DNA of 64,000 bases from Atractiella rhizophila (taxonomy: Eukaryota), in assembly GCA_021432655.1 (NCBI GenBank), contig MU271269.1, positions 1 to 64,000 of the forward strand, written 5' to 3'. The notes under the pieces are model-generated. The model was not told where the DNA came from. It searched no databases and was given only the letters and a program-made list of their open reading frames with translations. The position numbers and the translations under genes are program-made. Of this stretch, positions 50,929 through 63,533 are shown one piece after another (the first letter of the stretch is position 1; each line of letters opens with the position of its first letter).

Positions 50929-52858
50929 ATGGTCTCCGATGACAGCACCTTTTCTTCTTCCACCTTCTTCTACGATCGCTCTGGGCTCTGGGACAACAAT
51001 GCGAGCTCGATCGGGGAATCGTTGAATTCGAAGAATTTCTATGCGCCAAGTCCTAATGTTGGTGTACATTCCATGCCTCGAGTGTCTTACTATTACCCAA
51101 TAGGAGTAGGAGACTTTCATTTCTATGTAAGCTGTTCCACCACTTAGTTTCTAGGCCTGATTGGAATTCAGTCTGAGCACCATCCCATGAAACCGCATCG
51201 ACTTACACTCACGAATACCCTCATCCTTGGCTATGGACTCCACGAAAACATGAAGGTCTACTCTCCCCAACCAGCCAGTATCTCTGACCTCACAATGTTT
51301 CATGGCGAGGAATACATCCAGCTTTTGTCGACGTTCGTTCTCATATGCAATGAGTGTTGAACTAACACTGAAAACCGTTTTACAATCTAGCGTCACTCCC
51401 CAGAATGCCCATACCTACGGTGACGACGTGCTGCGAAAGCACGGCATTTCAGTCATCAAAGCCAAGTCACGGAATCGAGCTTATGTCGAAGAGAATAACG
51501 ACTGCCCAGTTTTCGAAGGCTTCTTTCGATTCGCTTCCATGTACACCGGCGCCAGTTTGCTTGCTGCCAAACATCTGAGCTCGAAAGATACGGATATTGC
51601 GATAAATTACACCGGTGGTCTGCATCATGGGAAGAAGAACATGGCTAGCGGATTTTGCTTCGTAAACGACGCGGTTGTTGCTGTGAGTTCTCTTACCGGA
51701 CAATGTTCGAACAAGGAGTTTGATGCCAAAGACCAGATTATGGAGCTGCTGCGAACCTTCCCCCGGGTTATGTACATTGATATCGACGTCCACCATGGCG
51801 ATGGAGTCCAAGAAGCGTTCTATACCTCCAACCGCGTCTATACCATTTCATTCCACAAATACGGCCATCAACTGGGCAGCGATAACAAAACTCTGTATGA
51901 TTTCTTTCCTGGGACGGGACACATCGACGAGAACGGCCATCAATTGGGTCAACATTTCTCTCTCAACATCCCCCTGCAGGACGGGATTGAAGACGATGCC
52001 TACGTTGCCCTCTTCAAGAGCATCATCGAGCCTGCAATCGCCGCTTTTCAGCCTTCAGTTATAGTGCTCCAAAGCGGTGCTGATTCTCTTAACACTGATC
52101 GTTTAGGAGTGTTTAACCTTACGATCGCGGGACATGGAGAGTGTGTGCGGTTCGTGAAGAGCTTCAACATCCCACTTCTGGTGCTTGGAGGTGGAGGGTA
52201 CACAGTTCGAAATGTTGCTAGGTGTTGGACCTACGAGACTGCCATTCTTCTCGATCGCCAACAGTATCTGCCTCAAGATCTTCCCAGCACTTGCTACGAT
52301 GCGTATTTTGGAAAGAATCGGCGGCTACTTGTTCCATTGAAAGATAGGAAGAAGGACGAAAACACGGCTAAGGGGTTGGAGCAGATTCGTCGAATATGCT
52401 TGGAGAAGATTAGGTATTTACAAGGTCTGAGGTACTTTCTCTCAGTCGAATAATAGACTGAACCTATTTACCTTGTAGGCGCTCCTAGCGTACAAATGCA
52501 AGAAATACCCGCTGGCTTGTCTGACTTCCTCACTGCCCAAGAAACGGCGCTGGGTAAACCTGTCTACCAAGAACCGGTGGGCTTGGATCTCCCGGCCCGA
52601 CATTATTTCGATGGTCACCGTGACGACGAGCACCCTCTTGGCTTACCAATTGTTGATCTTCCAATGACTTCCATCTTTCTCGCAGCAAAAGAGCTGCCAC
52701 CGCCGAGAGCCAACAAATCGAATAAGAAGAAGGAAGAGAAAAAAGACAAGGACCCCAAGAGCGAGCAGAAGGAGAAGGAGAAGGAGAAGGAGAAAGACTT
52801 ACCAAAACCTGGAAAGAGACGGAAAAAGAATACTGGAGAGGACGGATTTGAAGAATGA
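50929..52858 (+). CDS. HOS2: Class I histone deacetylase, Hos2-like
   Basis: RVSYYYP, HPMKPHRLTLTN..LGYGL, DCPVF, GGLHH, SGFCFVND, YIDIDVHHGDGVQEAFY, FFPGTG, GADSL, GGGGYTVRNVARCWTYET, K/E-rich tail. Start 50929 or 51073. Confidence 0.88.
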
Positions 52859-53091
52859 CCTTTTTTCCCCTGTTGTAGTAGTCAATTTTGTCCCACAGGT
52901 AATTTCTGCTGATCTTCGTTTTGGGGGACTGTAAATAGATCTTGCAACAGATATTATATTTCTTATGTTTACTTAAATTTTGTGGCCACTTATTTATTGT
53001 ATTCCAGTCGATTCCTGAGTGATCTCAGAGCAATTGATGCGGTGGCTTATGTAACATTAAATAGGTTACATTCCGCAGGCTATGCAAACGC

Positions 53092-56000
53092 CAGGGGAGG
53101 CCGTAAACTCTAATTCCCTATTACCTAGGTTCCAAATCCAGTTGGCAGGGCTCGGCATTCCGCCTTTATTTCCGACAGTGCGGGACTAGGACGGAGTTGA
53201 CAGCACAAGCAGCGAAAAGCAGAGACAGGGCAGAGAAACACAGGAAATATAGAGTTTGTGGAGTCAACTTGAGCTGCCAGTGGAAATTTTCTACCACAGA
53301 TACGATACTGACATAATGAATTCACACTTATACCAAACATACGAATATACACTGAATATCTCTAACAGATTGAAGAGAACATTGTACTAAGTGTGTGCCA
53401 CATGCTGTGTCTCAATCTTTGCTTCGCCTCTATTGTACAGGAGTGAGTATGAAAGAATGTATGTATCTGAGGATAAACAAACCTTTGCACGTCGCTTCCT
53501 TCCAACATACAACCTCCATTGTTCAGCCTCATAATCCAACACCATTTCTACCTCTTCTCGCATGCCTTCAGGCGTGACTACAAATAGTGGATGTGTCTTT
53601 GGTTGTCCAGAATGCTGAAGCTGATGATGAAGTGGCAGATTATAGCTCCAATGGATCTCCTCACAAAGTGGACACTTCATCGGAGTATTGAATGAGGCAT
53701 TCGACTTCGCTCGTTTTCCTTTGGTCTGAGACTTGAAAGACGTACGGAGGAATGTATTCAGGGTACAGGTGCACCAGGAGGTGACCTGCGATATGGGACC
53801 GAAGATGTTTTGTTTCGGTTATGATGCCACAGGCATGGCATCTCGATTCGTTTGATGCAACAGGGACATCACCTTCAGAAGCCTCAAACATCTTCGTTAT
53901 TCCATTGCTCAAGAAGGCAAGTTTCCCTATATGTTATCATCAGTGCGACTCAACTGTTCAAAGATGTCAAGAGACAGACCATCAGCAACCATATACGGGA
54001 AACCACCACCTAACTTCTTCGAGACCAACAAGGTCAACCTATCCTTCACCCGACTAGAAAGAGTCTCCAGAGCTGCCTGCAGATCTTGATCCTTAAGTTC
54101 CCATTCCCAAGACTCTTGTAGCAATCCATCTGCACATATACTCCTCACTTCCACCCTGTCACTAACCAGAGGAACCACCACTGCACTATTCACCTCGATC
54201 GAATCCGTTTTGGTTGATCCAATTTGTACATACCCTTCCCAAACGCAGCGCCACATCTTCATCACTTCTTCTGTTTCTTCATCCTCACTCAGCTGGTCCT
54301 TGAGGCAAATCACCCGGCTTCTCAATGTCAATCCACTTCCATCAGCTCCCAGACAACTCCGCAAACATTCTGACTTCCATACTCCGCCATCCTGCACATC
54401 AGTTAGTTCCACGACTGCTAAGGACACTTGCTTGTCATTGTTGATCAAACAAGCAAAGAGATCTCCCCATTTGAATGTACAGTTGAAGCGGTCGTCTGGC
54501 AAAAGCTCGTAGTAGTCGCCATTTTCCTCCATGTCATCTGAACTTCTCTCCAATCCCCTCACCTTTCCCATCACTCTCTTCACCCGGTCATGTGATAGCA
54601 CAAGGTACTCCGCATTGAAATAATATCTTGCTAATGCAGCCTTATACCACCTCTCCCCAGACGGACCAGTTACGAAGAGATCGTCACGATGATACGGCGC
54701 ATAGACTGCAGCATCTGGAGTCTTGGTAAGGAAGTGCAACTCAAGGGCTTCTTGTCTTGTCAGGTCCATTTGAATGTTTGTTGGAGGCGGTGGTTGCGGT
54801 CGAGGAGTAAAGTCAGCAGGAGGATGGAGTGGTGGAGTGGAAGCAATGTTATCGTTAAGATGGCTCGAGTCTGCATCTTTGTTGTGTGTATGAGCAAATT
54901 TAGTACAGTATAAGGTGACGAAAACATACTGGCACAGTCGACACTGCTGTCAGGTTTGCATCTTACGCAAATCGGCGCCCGTTCGCCGGATTGCGTCTCC
55001 TATCGCCCATTTGCGTTCCCTGCGAATCGGCGCCCGTTCGCCGCTGCGTCTCCCGTCGCCCATTTGCACCTACATCACCACTTAGCCCAATTGTGCCTAA
55101 CCTCCTCTTATTAACTCCGCGTAATCCCACTGTCACTTCCCCTTTTAGTTCTCTTACATGTTTCATCTGCTCTCCTCCACGCTCTGTGGCAGTGTTATTC
55201 CGCTTGTATATATAGATCACAGAGTAGTGGAGGTGACCTTAGGGTATTCTCTTAGGTTTATCTCCACTACAGGTTAGTCTTCATGTCATATCATGCCCTT
55301 AGGTTTATCTCCACTACAGACGCATCGCCTATCGGCGACCGCACATAGTGTCAGCCCTAACAACTGCATGCTTCTGGCTCTTGATTTTGCGCACTATCCT
55401 CATCATCCAATTCTGCCTCATCCGCAACCTCCGCTCTTGATAACCTTATATCCCTATTGCCTGTATTCTTCCTCTTTCCAGCCTTGTCAACGTCAGTGAG
55501 GACATCTGAACCTGATTGGATGAATGTTGTGACTGCAGTCGAACTGATATTGAGGGACTGATACTGGTCAAATAGGTCCTTCGCTGCCTGAATTGCAACG
55601 GTCCAGCAAGCCCATAGATCCACATGCCCCACTTGCACATTACCCTCCCAGTTAACTGGATTTGTGTGGTCAATGCCTTCAGATTCCTTAAGGTTTAGAC
55701 GGGCAGGAGTCTTCTTCCAAGCCGGGTGGCGGGCGAAGATGTCTTCGAGTTCACATGCGTGGCCAGCACGCTGAAGGAGCTGGATAATATCACAGTTCGT
55801 GTCGGAGCGGCAGATTGTTCGGATAAACCCAAACAGCTGCTCCAAGCAGTCGGTGCCATCTTGCAAAATGAAGAACTCGTACTGCGGTGAGATGCTTTTG
55901 GCTCTGACAGTCGAAATCCAGACTGATTTGATCATTGTCTGCAAGTCATTGAAGAGCAGGTACGACATCCAGTGGCCGCCGTGTATTCGGTACAGGACAG

Positions 56001-59000
56001 CATTGACGATAGCGGCTGTTCCAAGGCTGCCGAGTTGTTGAAAGAGGGAGAGAGATGGATCAGCAAACGGCAGGTAGATAAGGCGAAGAAATGTCCCCAG
56101 AAATCGAAAACCTTCCACTGTCGATCGACGAGAAGGGTTGGACCATTCCTTGAAGGGAAATTCGATGGGAGAATGAAATTCTCCAACTTTCTTGATGAGG
56201 CGAGACGCTTTCGGGACATTCTGTCTGTCATTTGGCCAGAACAGGGCATTGGCAAGCCTGTCAGTCAGATCCGGATGGAGAAGGAGCGCATCTCGAATGA
56301 TGGAAGGGGTGATCCATGCAGACCCTATGCGAATACCAGCATTGCGGCGGATGAGAGTGGCGATTCGTTTTAGGAGGTGTTTCCAATCAAAGGTCAGGAC
56401 TACTCCGTAGTCACCACACTCGTAGTTGAAGGCTGGGAGGTCTCTGGGAAGGTGCTCCCGCAGGGATGGTTGATTGTCAAGAATGTGGTGTTTTCGAAAT
56501 AACTCCTTGAATGCCTGTCGTCTAAGAGCATCACCGTCACTTGCAAAAGTCCATAACTCATGACCCTTTTCGCTCAGATGCTGCTGGACCGTTTCAATAA
56601 CCAACAACAGCATATTCTTCTCATCCTCAAAATTCTCCACCTTCCTCAGTGCTTCCTCCTTCTTCCTGGCATCTCCATCCTCTTCCATATCACTTGACCT
56701 CTTGCCTTTACACGTTCCACTAAACACGAAAGGGCGAGCGGAGTATCCCTCTCGAGAGTATGGAGAGAAAGAAAAGACAGAGCATTCGCAAGCCTCATGG
56801 ATCAACTTCTTGTTTCGATCATCAGCGAGTACTTTCACATCTTCCCAACTTGTGACCTCCAGCTTTCGCTTTCCGATGTGCTCCCTGCAGAAGCCTTGGA
56901 TACGGTTGCAGGTTGGGTCGTACTGCGGCTGTCCCTCAAGCTTGACTTCGTCAACACCAATTTTGAAACCGAGACGAGGAAGGTTGAGCTTCTTAGCAAC
57001 TCGGGTATGACGATTAATGTCAAGAACATGGAGATTGTAGTTGATGTCCAGAACTGTTGGATAGCCGGCACAAGGGCGGAGGTGTGTGTGCTTGCGAGCA
57101 GTACGGACTGTAGTCTCGCCGGGAAAACCAAACGTCCATTTGAATGCCTTAAGAAGAGTTGGTCCACCAAGGAGAAGTGTGAGTCCAGCAAGATCCATGA
57201 TGTCGGGAGGTTGATGTGACATCCTGACCACCTTGTGGATCGCATCGTGCAAGTTAGACAAGATAGTCTCGACAGAATCACGGCGTTTAAGTGATCGGTT
57301 GATGAGCTCCGGAATCCTATAGTAGTTTGATTTGGCAATTTCTTGGAGGAGTTTCTCGTGTTGCGCGCTCTTGTTCCTGAGAGCACACATGGTAGTTCCC
57401 CGAAGGTTCTCCTATTACAATGCTATTAAAATCAAAGGACTTGAGAACTCAAACAAATGCACCTTAGCTTTCCATCGATTTGATGTGTCCTTCAAATGTT
57501 TTGCCTTCCCCTTCCAATGACTATGAGCCAACTTCCGATCCTGTGTTGAATTCCCAACATCCTCTCCAGACATCTGTCCTCTTCGAACATCGGTCTGAAA
57601 GCGTCGCGAAGAAGGAAGCTCCAGACATGATTGGCAGATGAAAATTCCTTCACTATTTGCAGTTCCCCATCCTGTACATCTGACAGAATGGCACCACAGT
57701 TTGCATTCAGAACAGACATGGGGTGTCCAGGGAGGAGGGTTGGCTGAATGTTGGTCCGCGAGGGGGAATGTGTCACACAGATGTTCCTCAATTGGCCAAG
57801 GTGATCCCCGGCAAGGTGCAGAGAGGGTGGACATGGAAGAGGTGGAGCTGCAAGCGGAACGGGCAAAGGGTTGCAATGCAGTAACGAACTCTGTCAGACT
57901 GTGATACAGAGAAAATGTGAGGACGGACTACAAAAGCGAATAGAATGCTTACTCTTTATCCTCCCGATTTAAGCATCAAAAAAGAATATCAACAATCTTG
58001 TCTCCACCTACCACTTCCCGCAGACGACATAGGCCCTTCCCCAAGCATCTTTCATCTCTTGCTTGGTGCGCCTTCACCAGTTCAAATTCCCTCCCACATT
58101 GAGGACAAGGATACTTCAAGACTTTCGCCCTCTTCTCCGGTGGTTGTAAGGCAGATTGGATGACCGATGCGTTTAGGGTACGCTTTGGCGAATCGTTGCT
58201 GATAGGAGCAGAAAAAGGGACGGCAGATGGTTTTGGAGGCGTTGGGGAGGGAGGATCAGCGGCAGCAGTCGGCACAACTGCATCACTGCAAATCAGCAGC
58301 TCTTCACTCCCTCGTCTCCCTACTCCCACACCTATCTCCATGGGAAGCAAGTCCCAATCCACCTCCATCGCATCATCATCACCTTCTTCTTTCTCTCTAC
58401 CACTCTCGCTTCCATACAATCCCTCAAAGCGAAAAGGGACGCGTAGGAACTCCTCAAATTGGTGTGCTTTCTTTCTCGGCGATGATGGTGCAGACCGCTG
58501 TAACCTGATCTCGTGCTGCCTCTTCTTATATTATCGCCTAGTGATATCAAAATCGTCCTGATATCCCTTCTTCGCTCTTCGTCGATACCATTTTTGGTTT
58601 CGGACCCGCTCCTGGATTCGAGAGGGATGAGGTGGGCTGTACTCCTTTGCGAATAGATTTGTGAATCCTGTCTCTGCTCTGCTCTTCAGCTGCTTTGATG
58701 TTGGTGGGGTTACAAGACTGCCAGGATTGGCAGGTCTCGGGTAGATGCCATCTGATTGGTGTCGCAGCGTGCGAGGATGTGAAGGTGGTGAGGAGGTTGT
58801 ACAAGTACTTGGATCAGATGGTGGGGATGAGAAGGGTTGGTGAGGGTGTTGTGCCGGCACATGGTCAAGAGAATCTGACCTTGTCCAATCGTAGATGCGA
58901 GGTGGAGGGTAATGGTGAAAGTTGAAGTCCTGGTTTGAGAAAAACGGGTTGCCAAAGACGAAAACATGGTCGGTAGAACCTTCGGTGGAAGGGAAATAGG

Positions 59001-59175
59001 ACTTCTGGGGGGATAGAAGCTGTTCTTTTGGAGTTGTTGCTGGAGGAGAGGAATCGATTGAATCTGAATCTGATGCTTGACTGCGAAAAGCGTGCTCCCG
59101 GGTATTAGCAGCTAGGTATCCAAGACGCTGCTCTAAATGATTGGGAGTTTGGTCGTGTTTCGCATTCACGACCAT
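53092..59175 (-). mobile_element. Decayed P-element-superfamily-like DNA transposon with multi-exon transposase
   Basis: The 677-aa ORF (55357-57390) has GVDEVKL, FASDGD, FDWKHLLKR, DRQNV and GTDCLEQLFGFIRT motifs. Cys/His-rich exons lie upstream (57459-58530) and downstream (SHDRVKRV; CHAC..HIAGHL; CPLC..WSYN..H..H). In-frame stop at 58531. Element ends not firmly defined. Confidence 0.75.
54965..55357. repeat. Repeat-rich insert interrupting the transposase gene
   Basis: ~45-bp direct repeats starting 54970 and 55025; 22-bp direct repeats 55251-55272 and 55298-55319; partial inverted copy at 55224-55243. Confidence 0.7.
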
Positions 59176-59839
59176 TCAAACCCGCCCTCGGAAGGGCAGG
59201 ACGTCGCCATGACTGAGTTTCGATGGGGGTAGATCTGGAGTAGGATGAAGTTGTCGACTTGGTGGACACACACGGCAACTTGAGACGTGATTACGGCCGA
59301 TTGGGAGATAGGCGCGGGCTATGGAAACACTTCAACCACTTGCCGCTGATACTGACCAGCAAGAGCATGGAGGAACACACCTTTGTTTCAATTTCACTAC
59401 AATAACACCATTCAAGGAACCGAGTTCCAGGCAGATAAGGTGGATTCTGGGACTATATCAGAGCTGTGTAATGTTCGTGTTCTTCTGGTAAGTCAGAGTA
59501 AATGGTTGATTCTGCTCGATCAGCGCTCTGCGCTCAGCCTTGAAACCTGGTTCAAAGCCAAATTCTTAAGGTTCGTTCCTGTCATGATTCGTTGTATTTA
59601 CACGTACAGTTAGAACCAAGAGCATCGGAGCTAACCGGAGTGAGACCCCTTGCAAACGCTAATGTTTTGTTTTCAAGGCGGATCTGAGCCCGGACCCGAA
59701 AACATTTGGGACAGTTGGCGTCCAATCCTTCATAAACCTCTGCCTTCCCTCTCTTGATTCCATAGAACGTGTATGTCTAAGGAATTCATCCGCTGAAATC
59801 ACTTAAGCATATAAGTATAAGAACATCTGAGACTGCGAA

Positions 59840-60312
59840 ATGGCGGAACGGGACCTGAAGATCAAAACATCAGTAGTGCGCAGGCAAGTGTCTGCATTCT
59901 CCCTCCCTTGAAATATCATTGATTGAGGCATTGTTATAGGATGATCAAGGAAGTCGCGTCCTACCAAAAGGAAGCGGAAGGCGAGAAGAAAAGATTGGAA
60001 CAGTTTATTGCTGAGGGCAAGGACGAATATCAAATTAAGCAGCAGGTTAGTGTTCTGCTTAGTTTGTGGGCTATATATCCTTGATGGGAGAAAGCAGAAA
60101 AAGGTCCTACAGCAGAGCGAGGATATGATCCCAGATAGCCAGCAAAGGATGTCCAAAGCCGTCAATGAGTTACGAGACCTAGTGGCACGTTTCATGCTTC
60201 ATTAAAGGAGAGCATATATTGATCAAAAGTGCAGAGCCGGTACAAAGAGGAATTGCATGACAGTCAGGCGTACAAGGATGCTGAAGGAGCCTTGGAAGAT
60301 GCTGCCGTGTAA
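59840..60312 (+). CDS. RBL2: Tubulin-specific chaperone A
   Basis: LKIKTSVVRRMIKEVASYQKE...DEYQIKQQKKVLQQSEDMIPD. GC-AG intron 59884-59939; stop TAA 60310-60312. Confidence 0.92.
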
Positions 60313-60388
60313 CTGCAGTGTAAAGTTCGAACATTGTAGCAGAAGAGGGACGAGCTTGAGTAAACAGTAGATGTATTGCATAACTAAC

Positions 60389-61008
60389 TTAATCAGTTTC
60401 CATCTGGATGTTCTCTTCATTCACTTCATAAGATTTCTTCGCCTCCTGTAATTGCTCCAAAGCTTCCCTTGCCATCTTCCACACATCCCTCCGAAGCCCT
60501 CGGATGTTGACACTCTCCTCTCCATCATCCTTCTCTCGAGTTGTGCCGATCGTTCTTGGAGTGATCCTTTCTTGACGAATCGTCCGAATCGACGTTCTCA
60601 AGGACAGTTGAATTTCCTTCAAACATGGACTTGTGACAGGCTTCATGATGAGAGAAAGCTGCGTACATCGAGCAACTGAAAGTATTCGGACGTGTACTCT
60701 TTGAATCCTTTCCCCTCCTCCACCTCAGAAGGGTAATCCTCGATTGTGCTTGTTTCGCCGTGCAAGCTGGAAATGGCGAGCCCGGCCAGCCGAATCAAGC
60801 GAGCGATTCTCTGCTTTTCTCTTTGAGGCTTGTCATACTGTCAGTGAGGACTTACTTCGTCATTTTCAACAAGTTGCTTGATACCTGTGGCGCTTACAGT
60901 TGAGCTCCACAGGTCAGAAGATGTGGGTTTTGAACTTGACGGATCGAGGAGGGCAGCGGCTGCCACTTCGCCAGAAGATGAGCTTGCAGAGATAGAATCG
61001 ACCTCCAT
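60389..61008 (-). CDS. MED11: Mediator subunit Med11-like
   Basis: Spliced IKQLVENDE | RIARLIRLAGLAISSL...FKEYTSEYFQLLD | EIQLSLRTSI, the two-helix pattern typical of Med11. Confidence 0.7.
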
Positions 61009-61475
61009 GACCTCCCATCCTGATCAAGGGAACCGCTGAGAGTTCATCTGTTCGGCCAATCAAAATCTTACCAATGTCAGCGATTGCTTCTAGTATTAGA
61101 TGTTCGTCGTTAGACTGGAAAATAAATAAGTCATTGCTCCAAAACAAGGCAGGCCGTCAAAGCTGGAAGCTGGTCAAAGCATACATCCGAGCTGCATCGA
61201 AAGCTCGAGTCTTTCGCCTGTCTAACAACCGAACTTATTTCGAGCATTATGGCACGTCTTTTGAATACAATCCAACCAACGACAATTTCGAATGGGTTAA
61301 TAACTTGAATTTGTCTTAATCTCTAGCTAAAGAAGGAAGGAATAAGGTCTAGCGATTTCGTGACCACCTTCGCGTACCATAACTTCGCCCTTTGTGCCCA
61401 TTGGTCTACGGACTGCGAGACGTCGCAGTGTCCATGCAGATAGAGTGTTCCACCGAACATTACTATGTCGGGTAA

Positions 61476-63533
61476 TCAACAATCTAGCAATTCACCCCAC
61501 TTGCGTTCGAGTTCCCCCCTCATTCCTTTTTCACCTTTCTTAGCCCACCTCTCAAGCATGCTCAGAACAACTTCATTTGCCCTGCCCATCTCTCCATTCT
61601 TGATATACCACTCAGCAATGTCGGCTACGAACTTTGGCTTCACATCCATAGCTCCAGCCTTTCCCCAAAGCGCATCCACGTCCTCTTTCGATTTACAAGA
61701 CTGGAAAGCGTTTTCGTAGAAGGATAGAGAGGGACGTGCAATGCGCGAGATGTGTGGAAGCAGGGAGTGTAAGGGGATCGGGGAGCGGGTAACGTAGCGG
61801 CTAAGGACGACATCATGGGGGTGTCCAAGGGAGGAATACATTGATGGAGGAGGGGTTGCGCTGGAAGCCATAGTACGATTGATCGCAGCCTATATCAATC
61901 CCTGAGTTCGACCATAACAAAAGAGGACGAACTATTTACCTTATAAACTTCGTCTAGATCCTCAGCTGATAAGGATGATTGTTCCTTCATGTTCAACCAT
62001 GCCTCCCACAAGACAGTACTCCACCCACACTCCTTCAAGGCCACTTCTATCTCTGTTTCGGGCGACTCAGCGAGGCTAACCTTCTTTAACCATATTTCTT
62101 CCTGTGTGCTCACGCCTTCAGGCGGATCGATTGACATGGGAGATTGCTCCGGGCTTTTTTGAGGTCGTAAGAAAGACAAATGTTCCAGATGAAGCGATGT
62201 GAACTTCTCTGCTGGCTCCTTCGCTTCGTCGTATGCCTTCAGGATCTGGTTTGAGATCCAAAGTTTAAGAGGTTGCGATCCAGTCTCAGCCCATCGCTCA
62301 TGAAGCCAGAAGCCAAACATTTCACGTAGACAGGAAGGAGAAGCGGAAATGTGCTCTCGCAGAAAGGATACACTACTCTCCAAAGCGTCGATGTATTCTA
62401 GTCCGGTCTTCCCTTGCACTCGATCCGTCGCTAGGATGAAAGGCGTATGTACGTTATCGGTGGGAAGTATGGAGAGAAAATAGTCGACAATAGGAGTCGG
62501 GACATACAGCGATCGTAGATGGCTGAGCATGGATTTGTAATGGTTTGGATGCGATGGAAATGCTGTCCATGCTCGTTTCAGAATTCAAGCTCCTCTAAGA
62601 AAAGGGGACGGATAACAAACTTTCAACGAAGTGCCGAAGCACGGCCTTCAGTATGTGGCCATCCACGATGGCATCATGTCCCTTCATCTCAACCGGTTGT
62701 GTTCCCTCTACTTCTTCCTCGCCTTCCAACAATCCAAATGCCGCCTTCCTTCCTTCCACCACCCTCCTAAACTGTTCTTCCACCATGACCCATTCTCTCC
62801 AAATCTTCCCTCCTTCGTCTCCTTCATCCTTCAAAAACCTCAGTGCTCTCATACACAGCTTCCTCGCGCCATCCCAGTTCCCCCCTCCAATTTTCACGTC
62901 GACTTCCTCCAGCCTATCCCCTCTCGGCAACCTCTTCAAAACGACGGCCCCGCTGCATTCCCATCGGATAGATTCTATCCACCAGAAGGAAGACATAGGA
63001 CTGCGAAGAACGCATGAGGTGAGGAGACGGGAGATTTGTTGTGTGGAGGGTGAGGGAAGGGAGAGCAGGTATTGGATGTGCGAAGCGTGAAGTTCGTTAT
63101 TGAGCGGAAAGCGATGAGCCGCCGTGTGGTACAAGCGATTTATGTAAGCTGGGAGGAAGAAGGAAGAAGCAGATTTTTTTGGGATTACGGGCAGATCTGT
63201 TTTTCTACATTAGTACTCATTCATTTTCCAAACCGAAAGGGGCAGAAGCATACCATCCTCTCTGCCTTTTCCTTTCCCACTTTTAGCCTCCCTAATATCA
63301 ATTTTTCTTCTCCTCACTCGCCGCTTTCGGACCTCCTCCAATCCACTTTCAAAATCAATCATTCGGCGCCAATCCTCCCACATTCCGCCGTCAAGGTGCA
63401 GCATGAGCTTCTTGCGGCGAGCCGTTATTTGGCTGATTTCCTCGGGAGAGAAGAGCTTGAGCTTCACGAAGTCACGCAAGCAGGGAAGGTGGGATTCCAG
63501 ACGGAGCTGGACGTTTGTACTTCGAGAAGACAT
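61476..63533 (-). CDS. UTP6: U3 snoRNA-associated protein 6-like (HAT repeats)
   Basis: N-terminal VQLRLESHLPCL...LFSPEEISQITARRKKL, IDFESGLEEVRKRR, YHTAAHRFP, ARKLCMRALRF, IWREW HAT-like repeats. Confidence 0.8.

Noticed and set aside
52765..52795. GAGAAG tandem repeat
   Set aside because: Encodes the KEKEKE tail of the HDAC; ordinary low-complexity coding sequence.
59288..59303. Possible right TIR of the P-like element (GGCCGTAA shared with 53099-53106 in inverted orientation)
   Set aside because: Only an 8-bp core matches and no flanking TSD is evident, so it was not used as a boundary.
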